This document shows, piece after piece, positions 48,601-60,912 of a stretch of DNA of 64,000 nt. The first letter of the stretch is position 1; every line of letters starts with the position of its first letter. The translations under genes were made by a program, and so were the position numbers. The stretch is from the human T2T-CHM13v2.0 reference genome, Homo sapiens. The stretch lies in the NCBI RefSeq assembly GCF_009914755.1, contig NC_060938.1. One strand, 5' to 3'. Under the pieces are notes generated by a model, which did no database searches, was not told the origin of the DNA, and saw nothing but the letters and a program-made list of their open reading frames with translations.

Positions 48601-51130
48601 AATTTGACTGAAGCCAGTCGTATAGCTCTTGTGAACATAAATATAAACAAGAGAAAAATACATAATTTTTTTATATCAGATAGAGAATTTTCTCTATTTT
48701 CAAACAAGTGAGATCCCTAAATGTAAGTTCCTAAGCCCATTTGTGAATATCCATTTGTTCATAAGTAAAAGAAGTACTATAGCAAGCAAGTGTAAAATCC
48801 TACAATTGAAAATGTGCAGAGTTGATGCAGCTTGGTTGGAGAACATAGCTCTGTCTCTGTTTCTATGAATGACTGTAAACCAAATGGCTATTCTACAAAG
48901 GATACATTCTTTTTACAAACATTTTAATTAAAATATTGGTACTCTCAGGTTAGAGGCAGGTAGGGACTTTATGTCACCCTCACACATGGATGGTATGGTA
49001 AAAATGAAAGAAAGTTGCAGAACTATTCTGTATCTCGTGTGTAATTTATTATATTTTTCCATGGATCATGTTTTTTGGAGGTGTGTCTAAAAAGTATTTG
49101 CCTAAATCAAATTCATGCATATTTTCTCCCTTCTCCTCTTCCCAGGAAATTTAGTTTTACATATTGCATTTAGGTTTATGATCCAATTTGGAGTTAATTT
49201 TTGTAGAGGTTGTGAGGTATAGGTTGATCTTAATTTTTTACCCATTGTTTAGCATATCCAATTTTTCTAGTATGATTTGTTAAAAAGAACTTGTTGCATT
49301 TTTAAGATCTTTTGACTATTTTATATCAATATAAAACGTATTTAAATCTTCGCCATTCCAGGAAGATCAGTCTTAATTCTGTTTCCATTCTGTCTGCTAT
49401 GTTATCAAGCCTGTGTCTTTACCCTGAAATTTCTTAAAATGAATTTCCCACCCATTACCTCAATTTCTTGATTTCACACTGATTTGGTTTCCCAAGTCCT
49501 CATTCACTGAAGTAATTTGCCTAAAGACAGAGTGTGACTGAATGGTTCAGTTCCAGGGATCACTCCACCTGATCAGTTAGTGAGAACTGCTTCCACCACT
49601 CATCACTATCACAGCTATCTTTAAGTAACGTCTTGCCTATGTTTTCCTATTATAAAGCATTGTATCTAATTCTAAGTTATCTTATATATTTACAAATAAA
49701 TACTACTTGATTTCAAAAGCTAGAATAAAATAGGGTTAATAAAAACTCTCCTATAATTAATCTATTTAAACAAGCCACTGTCAAGCTTAAACAAGAACTT
49801 CTGAGGCCCTCATCTTGTAATTACTATAGCCAAACCACTGATTGCTTACAGGACTTTCTTGCATAGTCTTGGGCATATTATTCACCAAATTATGAATGAC
49901 TGTAAGAACTTGGAAATAAACTAGATTAAATAATAAAAAGCAAACTTGCCTGTTTTGTTTCACTTTCTTTGTTTACAGACATCTTCTGAACACTCTCTTA
50001 CTCCAAAAATACATATCTGAGCACAAGTGTTTTCAGGTCCTGGCATTTTTATGAAGGAATATTTCCAGCATGAAGTTCTTTTGGGACTAGACACATCACC
50101 ATAGCAAAAATAATCTCTTTGTTAATAGTTGTGGCATTATTCAATATTTTAAGAAATATATAAATTTTGTATGTATATGCTTATACAATGTTTACAAAAT
50201 GGGTTCATACTGTTTTTAACTTAAAATAATGTAAATATTTTCATGTTATTATATAGTTTTCTCAAGTATCATTTCATTAAAGATGCAATATTACATCCTA
50301 TAATTTTCTATAATCCAGAAATAATAAGAAAGTAAGCCTCAATTTAGAACATTTGGAATGTTTCAACTTTTGTGTATCTACAGTACTGTTACCATGAAGA
50401 TTTTATAGCACACTCATAATCCTTATGATAAATTCTGAGAGGTGAAAGATCTCAAAGGGTCTATATATTTTAAACTTTCTGAAGCATACATAGTAAATAA
50501 ATATATTAGGGCTTAAAGTTAATGTTAACTATATTAATATTAATTTGGGGGAGGACTAGCATAGTAAAGTGACCAAGTGACATGAGCTCTAGGGAGCAAA
50601 ATGGGGTCATATGGCCCTGGAGCAAAGATAATGTCACAATTTTTAAAAACTTACTAAGAAAGGAGATAAAGATATATCACAGACAAATTTTAGACAACTA
50701 TTTTTCACACAGCTATACCTGATATTTGTATTTGAGTTGATTCAAAGTTAAAATCAAATTAGCTAACAAGTAATAAAACTCTGAAATGGGGATAGAATAA
50801 TAGATTCATAAAAGATAATAATAGGCACATTAAAAACAGGCTTATGAAGTATTGGGCCTGAGAAGGAACTCAGGGTTTGAACGCAACCACTTGGTTTTAC
50901 CAATCGTGAAACTGAGACCCAGAGGGAAAGATAAGGCAGCTGTTGGAGACAAAGGTGGCTCTCAGTCCCAGTCTGCCATCTTCATTTGAATGTTCTCTCC
51001 AAATAGCCTACTGATTCTTCTCACATTGTAACTCACAGAAGCACAGAATACATGACTTTCAATCTGACCTATCTTTTTTATGAGATTAATTATTCTGCTT
51101 CTTAATCAGAATTTTCTGCATAATCTGTCT

Positions 51131-51170
51131 CACACACACACAGAGACACACACAGACACACACACATACA
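51131..51170. repeat. Interrupted (CA)n microsatellite
   Basis: Seen directly. Confidence 0.85.
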
Positions 51171-52250
51171 TTATATTATTTTCCAGATTGGAACATAGTG
51201 ATCTACTAGTTTTAGCCATATAGTGGTTACAGTCATATCCTCAGCCTGAAGGCTCCAGTATGGGGGCTGTTGCCACTCATCACCAGATCAGTGTTATGTA
51301 AATAAATGTGAATGGAGTTCTAGTGAAGACTAGGGTTCAGGTATAAATTGTTAAACCTGGTTTGCTCAAGGTATACAATTTTATAAATAAAGGGGATGTG
51401 ATATGTGAACTGGAAGCAAGAATCAAGACATTAGATGTCACAAGTAATGCCACTTTTGTTCACGGTGTCTTTCTTGCTTCCTCTGTAATATGTGGCTCTT
51501 GTTAGAATGTGACAAGGCCACATAGCCCCAGAGTATTCATCCGTGTTGCTTAATCTCAGCCTCCTTTGGCCTTATAGAAATTATTTAGAAATATGGGTTT
51601 CAGCCACAGGAGGCCATGAGTAGTAGCAGTCACATCAGAAAAAAATAATATTTGCCAAAAAGACTTTCTAAGAGAGTTACAAGACTAGAAGCCCACTGGT
51701 GGAAGATAAGGAGGAAAAACACAGCAGTATGCATTACTTGCAACCTCGCTAACTCACTTATCTAGAGCAGCTTTAAATCTGCTGAGTCAGAGTCCCTTCA
51801 AAACTCTGGGGATGATTCAGAACTAAAACAGAATTTCTTAAGGTCGTTATGGGAAAATAACAACTCCAATATTCACTCAAATTTAAAATTTTGAGTTTGA
51901 AAGAGTAGAGGTTGTGCTGAAACCCTTTGTTCTCCAAGGAATTCAGACTAAACCATCTTTCAACCCAGAAAGTCACAGATTTCCTGAAGATGGTTCTATC
52001 TCTTTTGTCCTATGAAGATACACTTATATGCTCCAGAGCTTGTGGTTTGCTTCTGGGAAACCAACAGCATCAATAGGTCATTGCTCTTTTATGGAAGTGG
52101 ACAGCTCAGACTATACGTCTCCTTTTTCAGACTTAATAGATACTGACACTAAATTTCAAGGTCCGTTTATTGAAAGATCCAAAGGAATGCATAAGTTTGG
52201 TTTTTCATATGGCTCTTTATTTTTCACTCATACTCCATGGTATGAGTGAT

Positions 52251-52269
52251 CTTTTCTTTCTCTCTACAG
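52251..52269 (+). promoter_or_regulatory. Splice acceptor of the OR4K17 coding exon
   Basis: Polypyrimidine tract 'cttttctttctctctacag|g' ending 23 nt before the ATG at 52293. Confidence 0.75.
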
Positions 52270-52292
52270 GTCATCCAAGAGCGAGCTGTAGG

Positions 52293-53240
52293 ATGGAGGC
52301 CATGAAACTATTAAATCAATCTCAAGTGTCAGAATTCATTTTGCTGGGACTGACCAGCTCCCAGGATGTAGAGTTTCTTCTCTTTGCCCTCTTCTCGGTT
52401 ATCTATGTGGTCACAGTTTTGGGTAACCTTCTTATTATAGTCACAGTGTTTAACACCCCTAACCTGAATACTCCCATGTATTTTCTCCTTGGTAATCTCT
52501 CTTTTGTAGATATGACCCTTGCTTCTTTTGCCACCCCTAAGGTGATTCTGAACTTGTTAAAAAAGCAGAAGGTAATTTCTTTTGCTGGGTGCTTCACTCA
52601 GATATTTCTCCTTCACTTACTGGGTGGGGTTGAAATGGTACTGTTGGTCTCCATGGCTTTTGACAGATATGTGGCCATTTGTAAGCCCCTACACTACATG
52701 ACCATCATGAACAAGAAGGTATGTGTTTTGCTTGTAGTGACCTCATGGCTCTTGGGTCTCCTTCACTCAGGGTTTCAGATACCATTTGCTGTGAACTTGC
52801 CCTTTTGTGGTCCCAATGTGGTAGACAGCATTTTTTGTGACCTCCCTTTGGTTACTAAGCTTGCCTGTATAGACATATATTTTGTACAGGTAGTCATTGT
52901 TGCCAACAGTGGCATAATCTCCCTGAGCTGTTTCATTATTTTGCTTATCTCCTACAGTCTGATCCTCATAACCATTAAGAACCACTCTCCTACTGGGCAA
53001 TCTAAAGCCCGTTCCACTTTGACTGCTCACATCACAGTGGTGATTCTCTTCTTTGGCCCATGCATCTTTATCTACATTTGGCCCTTCGGCAACCACTCTG
53101 TAGATAAGTTCCTTGCTGTGTTTTATACCATCATCACTCCTATCTTGAATCCAATTATCTATACTCTGAGAAACAAAGAAATGAAGATATCCATGAAAAA
53201 ACTCTGGAGAGCTTTTGTGAATTCTAGAGAAGATACTTAG
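52293..53240 (+). CDS. OR4K17: Olfactory receptor 4K17, intact (315 aa from MEAMK; 312 aa from ATG 52302)
   Basis: N-terminal NQS glycosylation site, EFILLG, GN in TM1, LNTPMYFLLGNLS, MAFDRYVAICKPLHY, FCGPN...FCDLP, KARSTLTAH, PILNPIIYTLRN, stop TAG. Matches OR4K17 as I recall it. Confidence 0.95.
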   Translation: MEAMKLLNQSQVSEFILLGLTSSQDVEFLLFALFSVIYVVTVLGNLLIIVTVFNTPNLNTPMYFLLGNLSFVDMTLASFATPKVILNLLKKQKVISFAGCFTQIFLLHLLGGVEMVLLVSMAFDRYVAICKPLHYMTIMNKKVCVLLVVTSWLLGLLHSGFQIPFAVNLPFCGPNVVDSIFCDLPLVTKLACIDIYFVQVVIVANSGIISLSCFIILLISYSLILITIKNHSPTGQSKARSTLTAHITVVILFFGPCIFIYIWPFGNHSVDKFLAVFYTIITPILNPIIYTLRNKEMKISMKKLWRAFVNSREDT

Positions 53241-53260
53241 ATTAAAAATATAATGGTAGA

Positions 53261-54660
53261 GGCCGGGCATGGTGGCTGATGCCTGTAATCCCCACACTTT
53301 GGGAGGAATATCAGGGGAACCAGCCCCCAATATTTCAACATAGGTTCTTTTCTATTTTCCCTAAGTGTTGACTGGTCTGAGAAATAAAGGGAAAGAATAC
53401 AAAAGAGAGAAATTTTAAAGCTGGGTGTCCAGGGGAGACATCACATGTCAGCGGGTTCCGTGATGCCCCCCAAGCTGCAAAACCAGCAAGTTTTTATTAT
53501 GGATTTCAAAAGGGAGGCAGTGTACGAATAGGGTGTGGGTCACAGAGATCACATGCATCACAAGGCAATAAAATATCACAAGGCAAATGGGGACAGAGCA
53601 AGATCACAGGACCAGGGTGAAATTAACATTGCTAATGAAGTTTTATGCCCCACTGGGCACTCATTGCCATTGATAACATCTTATCAGGAGACAGGATTTG
53701 AGAGCGGACAACCGGTCTGACTAAAATTTACTAGGCAGGAATTTCCTCACCCTAATAGGCCTGGGGACACTACAGGAGACTGGGGCTTATTTCATCCCTT
53801 ATCTACAGCCGTGTAAGACAGACATTGCCAGAGCGGCCATTTTAGAGACCTCCCCCTAGGAATGCATTCTCCTTCTCAGGGTTATTCCTTGCTGAGAAAA
53901 AGAATTCAGCGATATTTCTCCTATTCACTTTTGTAAGAAGAGAAATATGACTCTGTTCCACCCAGCTCCCAGGCAGTCAGACCTAATGGTTATCTCTCTT
54001 GTTCCCTGAACATCGCTGTTATCCTGTTCTTTTTTCAAAGTGCCCAGATTTCATATTGTTTAAACACACATGCTTTATGAACAATTTGTGCCATTAACAT
54101 AATCATCACAGGGTCCTGAGGCAACATACATCCTCAGCTTAAGAAGATGATGGGATTAAGAGATTAAAGTAAAGACAGGCATAGGAAATCACAAGAGTAT
54201 TGATTGGGGAAGTGATAAATGTCCATGAAATTTTCACAATTTATGTTCAGAGATTGTAGTAAAGACAGGCATGAGAAATTATACAAATATTAATTTGGGG
54301 AACTAATAAATGTCCATGAAATCTTCAAAATTTATGTTCTTCTGTCACGGCTTCAGCAGGTCCCTCTGTTCGGGGTCCCTGACTTCCCGCAACAGAGCCA
54401 AGGCAGGTTGCCTTGGCTGACTTGAGGTCAGGAGTTTGAGACCAGCCTGGCCAACATGGCGAAACCCTGCCTCTACCAAAAATACAAAAATTAGCCAGGC
54501 GTGGTGGTGCATCCCTGCAATCCCAGCTATTCAGGAGGCTGAGGCAGGAGAATTGCTTGAACCCAGGAGGCAGAGGCTTCAGTGAGCTGAGTTTGTGTCA
54601 CTGCCCTCCAGCCTGGGTGACAGAGTGAGAGTCCATCTTAAAATAATAATAATAATAGTA
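53261..54660 (+). mobile_element. AluS split by a MER11 LTR (pieces 53261-53308 and 54395-54660)
   Basis: 'ggccgggcatggtggctgatgcctgtaatccc...gggag' resumes as '...ccaaggcagg...cttgaggtcaggagtttgagacc'; (AAT)n tail. Confidence 0.92.
53309..54394 (-). mobile_element. Solo MER11 LTR (HERVK11/HML-8)
   Basis: Reverse complement begins TGTTGCGGGAAGTCAGGGACCCCGAAC and ends GGCTGGTTCCCCTGATA; internal tandem repeat of about 90 bp at 54169-54338. Confidence 0.92.
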
Positions 54661-56585
54661 GCAGAGAAACAATAATTTTTTATATTTTTAAAGGTTTCTC
54701 TTAAGTATAGAGTTATTAGCTACACTGAGATGAAGGCAAGTAAAATGCAGTAAGATTACAGTAGTCAGTCAAGATTATTTTTAATGCAGCACCAAAAATA
54801 ATAAATTATTGATTTTTAAAATGTTGACTGAGTTATAAAAGGTGTCAGAGACTCACTTGTCCTTCAGAGGAGCTTGATAGATATGTACTTTGTTTAGTTG
54901 TTACAATGGCTTTTGATGTAAATGAAATAAAGTGAATCCTCAAAATGTCTGTCACATTTTTACTGTATAATTGAGTTAAATGATTTGGCACTCACTGTGA
55001 GATCATGTTTGGTTCTCTGTCTTCTTTACAATATTAATGTCTAAGTCAGCACTCATATGCAGTGTCTCCTAAGAAACCAGTAATTCAGACTTTCCATATC
55101 TACCTACACTCATTTTTCTTGTAGCTTCCAAAATAAGAATTCATGAAGATACCTTTATGGTTGTTAATATTATAAAATCTCACTTTCACCTCCTTGTCCC
55201 CATGTATTTCAATTCAAAAAAACTGTGTGTCTGACTCCAAAAAGAAAATTATACATTCTAGGTAAATGAACTCTAGTCCTAGAACCAAGATGGTTTTCTT
55301 GTGTGACTGTGTGCTGAGCACCGGCTCAGCCACCATAGAGAATTAGTTTCTACCTCAAACTCAGAGCCACTGCAACTCTGCACTTACCCATACTTCCGTC
55401 ACAAGGTCCCCAGCTATTTCAAAAGCACCTGCACCTTGCATACCATTATAGTTTGGGCAGTGGAATTCCTGGGCCCAGATACTGCTGCCATTACTATCCC
55501 AAACCACAGATCTATAGTACCTCCATTCATACCTGTGCTTATGGCTCCAGATCCATGGCTTCCCCTAGGGTACCCCTCGTCAGACATTTATGCCAAAACC
55601 ACCACAAGCAGTTTCTCAAGCTGGACCCAGTGCCAAGAGGGATTCCTCCAGCCACAACATCCCCAGTGGGAGAAAAAGAGATAGAAAGGACTTTAGCAGC
55701 CCTAGCCACCAAAGACCACAACAATTTTTGTCACCACTTCAAACATCTACATCATTGGCTGCTGAAGTTCCCTACAATCTTCATCAATGCCAACCTCAGC
55801 TGGAGGAGCTACACAAACACGACACTGCTGCACCTTCACAATAGTCAGAGCAGTTGTGTTTTACTCAACCAATCCCCTCACACCTCCATACAGGGGAAGT
55901 TCTTTCCGTACTGAAACCAGCCTGTGAAGTCTGGAAGAGATGACTGCTCCAACAAATGCACAGAAATCTGCTTAAGACAACAAGAAACACCAAAAACCAA
56001 AAGGGAGTATCACCATGAAAGGAACACAATAATTTTCCAGTATCTGTCTCCAAAGAAACAGAGACCTATGAACTCCCAGACAAAGACTTCACAATAATTG
56101 TCTTAAGGAAGTGCAGTAAAGTCCAAGAACATACAGGGAAATAATTCAACAAAATCAAGCAAACAACAAACAAAAAAATGGGGAAATTTGATGAAGAGAT
56201 TGAAATAGTTTTTAAAATTCCAGAAATTTGTTTAAAAATAAATAACATAAAAATATGTAAATTGTGACAGTAAAAACATAAAATGTGTGGGGGAGGTAGA
56301 ATAAAAGTGTAGACTTTTTAAATGCAATCAAAGTTAGGTATTTATTCACTTAAAATAGTCTATGATAACCATAAGATGTGTTATGTAAGCCTTATGGTAA
56401 CTACAAATGAAAAACCTATAGAGCATTTACAAAAACAAAAAAAATAAAAAATCAAAGCATATGCTGGAGAAAATAAACTATGAATAAATGAAGACGAAAG
56501 AGAAAGATGAAGCAAAAGAAAAGGAAGGGAACAAAGAGTGTAAAAAATAACCAGAAAACAATTAATAAAATGGAGGTACTAAGCA

Positions 56586-56902
56586 CAGTCAGTTTTCTGG
56601 CATATCCATAGGTTTTACATTCACAGACTCAATCAACCACAGATCAAAACTATCAAAAATAAATAAATAAATAACAGCACAACAATAAAAATAATACAAA
56701 ATTTTAAAACAAGTATAACAACTATTTACATTTTATTTGATATTATAAGTTATCTAGAGTTGGTATAAATCATACAACAGAATGCATGTAAGTTTTATGC
56801 AAATACTGTGACATTTTGTATAAGGGACTTAAGCATCTATAGATTTTGATAATCACAGGGAGGTCTTGGAGTCTGTTGCCTAAAGTCACTGAGGGATGAC
56901 TC
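56586..56902 (-). mobile_element. MER2 (Tigger/TcMar family DNA transposon)
   Basis: 'tatgcaaatactgtgacattttgtataagggacttaagcatctatagattttg...ctgagggatgactc' is the reverse of the MER2 consensus. Confidence 0.8.
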
Positions 56903-57254
56903 TACTTACCTACCAACAATTATCTGGAATGTGAATGAATTAAATTATCTGAACAAAAGACACAGAGTGGCTAAATGAATAAAAAGATAAAACCCAACTA
57001 CATACTGCCTCCAAGAGATTTTCTTCATATTTAAGGACATAAATAGACTGAAAGTGAAGGGATAGAAAATGATATTCCATGCAAATGAAAACCAAAGACA
57101 GCAGGGATAGCCATATTTAAAGAGATAAAATGTAAGTAAAACTATAAAAAGAGGCAGAGGATGTCATTATGTAATGATTAAAGGGATGTTTCATCAGGAG
57201 AATATAAAAATCTTAAATATATACACACTAAACATAAGAGCAAATATTTTTAAA

Positions 57255-58297
57255 ATTTATTATTTTATTTTATTGACAAATAATGTTTACCTATATCCAT
57301 GGGTATATAGTGATGTTTTTGGTATGTACAATGTATGATGACCATATCTGGATAACTTGTGTATCCATCATCTAAAACATTTGTCATTTATTTTTATTGG
57401 GAATGTTCAATATCCTTCTTCCAGCAATTTGAAATTATATGATATATCACTGTGGCATAGAACACTAAAAAGTGTTCCTATGGTTGTAATTTTGTATCTT
57501 TTAACAAATCTCCACCTCTCTCTTCTTTTTCATTACCTTCCTCAGCCTCTCATATCCTGTTATACTTTTTACTTCTATGAGATCAACTTTTCTTAGCTTC
57601 CACATATAAGTAAGAATAATATATGTTTAACTTCCTGTTTCAGGCATATTTCACTTAACATAATGTGCTTCAGTCCTATGTTATCGTGAATAACAGGATT
57701 TTATTCTTTTTTATGGCTGAATAGTATTTCATGGTGTATATATACCACATTTTCTTTATCTATTCGTCTGTTGTTGACACCTAGGTTGATTCTATATCTT
57801 GGCTATTGTGGATAGTGCTGTAATAAACATGGGGCTGCAGCTGTCTCTCAGACTTCGAAAACACAGGCAACAAAAGCAAAAGTAAACAAGTGGGATTATA
57901 TCAAACTAAAAGTTCTCTGCCCAGTAAAGGAAAAAATTCAACAGTGCAAAAGACAACCTATAGAATGGGAGAAACTATTTTCAAAGTATTTATCTCACAA
58001 GGGATTAACATCCAGAATACACAAGGTACTGAACATCTTAACAGCAAAAATAATATAATCTGAGTTTAAAATGGGCTAACAATCTGAACAGACATTTCTT
58101 AAAAGAAGACATACAAATGGCTGACAAATATATGAAAAGATACTCAACACCACTATTCATCAGAGAAATATATATCACAATCATAATGCAGTATCATATC
58201 ACCCCAGTTAAGATGACTATTACCAAATATAACAAAAGTAGCAAATGCTGGCAAGGATGAAGAGAAAAGGGAATTCTTTTACACTGTTGGTAGGGAA
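57255..58297 (-). mobile_element. L1MA-type insertion with a 5' inversion
   Basis: Reverse 3'UTR at 57255-57850 joined to a forward ORF2 piece at 57852-58295; TSD 'agcaaatatttttaaa' (57239) and 'agcaaatgttcttaaa' (58298). Confidence 0.75.
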
Positions 58298-60785
58298 AGC
58301 AAATGTTCTTAAATGAGAGATAGACTGCAATACAAAAATACAAAAGTGGGGCTTGTCAAGGCCACATTTTCAACAACAGACAGATCACCCAGAAAGAAAA
58401 TCAGTAAGGAAATACTGGACTTCAACTATACTTTAGACCAAAAGGACCTAACAAACATATACAGAACGTTTCATCCAAGAGCAGTAGAATAGACATTCTT
58501 CTCAAGTGCACACAGATCATTTTCCTATATAAAACATGTTAGCCCATAGAACAAGTCTTATCAAATTTATAAGACTGAAATAATATAAAATATCTATTCT
58601 CATCACAATGACAGTAAACTAGAAATCAATAACAGAGGAATTTTGAATAATTCATAATTGCATGGAAATTAAATAATATGACCTTAAATAACTAATGAGT
58701 CAATGAAAAAATTAGAAGGGAAATTTTAAAATATCTTGAAACAAGGAAAAATGGACACACGATAAAATAAAACTTATGACATGCAGAAAATACAATTCTA
58801 AGAGAAGTTTATGACAATAAACAGCTGCATCAAAAAAGAAAGAAGATTTCAAATAACCTAACATAACACTTCAAGAAACTAGGGGGAAAAGACCAAATTA
58901 AGCCTAAAATAGTAGAGAGGAGAAAATTTACAAAGATCAGAGCAAAAATAAATTAAATAGAGACCAGAAAAACAATAGAGATCAACAAAACTAAGAGTTG
59001 GTTTTTGGAAAAGATGAGCAAAATCAATAAACCTTTAGCTAGACTAAGAAAACAAAAATTAAGACTACCAAAATAAAGTTAGAAGTTAAAGAGGAAACCT
59101 TAACAACTGATACCACAGAAATACAAAGGATTGAAAGACCCTATTATAAATAATTATTTACCAACAAATTGGATAACCTAGAAGAAATGAATAAATTCAT
59201 AGAAAAAAAGAGTTTACCAAGAGTGAATCAGGAAGAAATAGAAAACCTGAACAGACTAATCAAGATTAAGGAGATTGAATTAGTAATAAAAAGCATCTCA
59301 CCAAAGAAAAGTCCAAGAACTGATGGCTATGCTGTTGAATTCTACCAAACATTTAAAAAAAGAAATAACACCATTTTCCCCAAACTAATCTAAAAAATTG
59401 ATAAGGAGAATTTCCAAAATCATTTTATGAGGCCAGCATTACACTGATACTAAAGCCAGACAAAAACACAAAAGAAAAGAAAAGAAAAGAACAAGCCATT
59501 ATCCTTAAGGAAGGCAAAATCCTCAACAAAATACTAGAAAATTAAATTCAACAACACGTTAAAAGGATTATTCACCATGATCAAGTGAGATTTATCCTGG
59601 GGATGCAAGGATGGTTCAACATATGGAAATCTATAAATAGGATATACCACATAGATGGAATGAAGATAAAAACAATATGATCATCCCAATAAATGCATAA
59701 AAACCATTTAACAACATTCAACATCCTTTCATAATATAAACTCTCAAAAAATTAATTGTAGAATGAATATAGCTTAACACAATAAAGGTCATATATGACA
59801 AGCCCACAAGTAACATCATTCTCAAGATGAAAAGCTGAAAGGCTTTTCCTCTAAGATCGAGAGCAAGACAAAGATGTACAGTCTCACTACATTTTTTCAA
59901 CATAGAAGTCCTAGCCAGAGCATTTAGGCAAGAGAAATGAAAGGCATCCAAATTGGAAACAAAGAAGTCAAATTGTCTCTGTTTGCAAATCATGTCAACT
60001 TGTATCTAAAAGTCCCTAATAACTCCACCAGAAAACTGTTATAACTGTTAGAACTAATAAACAAATTCAGTAAAGTTAAAGGATAAAAAATCAATATACA
60101 ACAATTGGTAGTGTTTCTATACATTAGCAACAAACTATCTGAAAAAGAATCAGGAAACATCTCATTTACAATAGCTATAATACATAAAATACTTAGGAAT
60201 AAATTTTACCAAGGAGGTGAAAGATCTTATCGCTCATTTAACATTTAACATTGTTAAATGTAACTGAAGAAGATACAAATAAATGAAAAGATATCTTGCA
60301 TTCATGGATTGTAAGAATTATTATTTGCACGTTTATCAGCAACATACCTATTTCCAATACCATTAGTATTATATTTCAAATCTTTGTGAATTTGATAGGC
60401 AAAAATATTATCCCTTTGGTGTTTAAATTTTCATTGTCATTTCAGTGAAATAAAGCATTTTTCATGTTTATTAAACAACTGTATTTATTTCATTGTGTAT
60501 TTCTTTTTTGTTAATTATATTTTAGAAACATCTTATGTTTCCCTAAACAATCTGCTTGTATTTATAGCTGTATATAATTATCTTTTATAAATATATCATG
60601 CTTTCTAATTAATTTAACTCTTAATTGATTTGGAGTTTGCTAGGTGTCTATGACAATCATTTTTACTTCACCTTTCCTGTTTTTTTAATCTCACTTTAAT
60701 TGTTTTATTTCTTTGGCCATAATTCTAAAACAATATTAAACAATCCTAACAGAGGTAGGTAATTTATTTTAATACAAATTAATCA

Positions 60786-60912
60786 CCAGCTGTGGTGACA
60801 TGTGCCTGCAATCCCATCTACTGGGGAGCCTGAGGTGGGAAGATTGCTTGAGCCCGGGAATTAGAGACCAGCTTGGGCAATATAGTGAGATGCCTAACTC
60901 AAAAATAAAATA
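60786..60912 (+). mobile_element. FLAM (free left Alu monomer)
   Basis: 'tgcctgcaatccc...tgaggtgggaagattgcttgagcccgggaattagagaccagcttgggcaatatagtgaga' plus A tail. Confidence 0.85.

Noticed and set aside
52170-52292. N-terminal extension of the OR4K17 ORF (356 aa from TTG 52170; 343 aa from ATG 52209)
   Set aside because: It runs through a clear polypyrimidine tract and acceptor (52251-52269), so it is probably intronic. ATG 52293 or 52302 gives normal OR length with the NQS site near the N-terminus.
52767-53330. 187-aa antisense ORF over OR4K17
   Set aside because: Starts at a non-ATG codon in MER11/Alu sequence and mirrors the sense codon pattern; no independent coding evidence.
55436-55914. 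Similarity of 55.6 kb to 14.2 kb and overlapping ORFs, suggesting a duplicated gene
   Set aside because: Both are 5'UTR regions of related old L1M copies that lead into ORF1 remnants.
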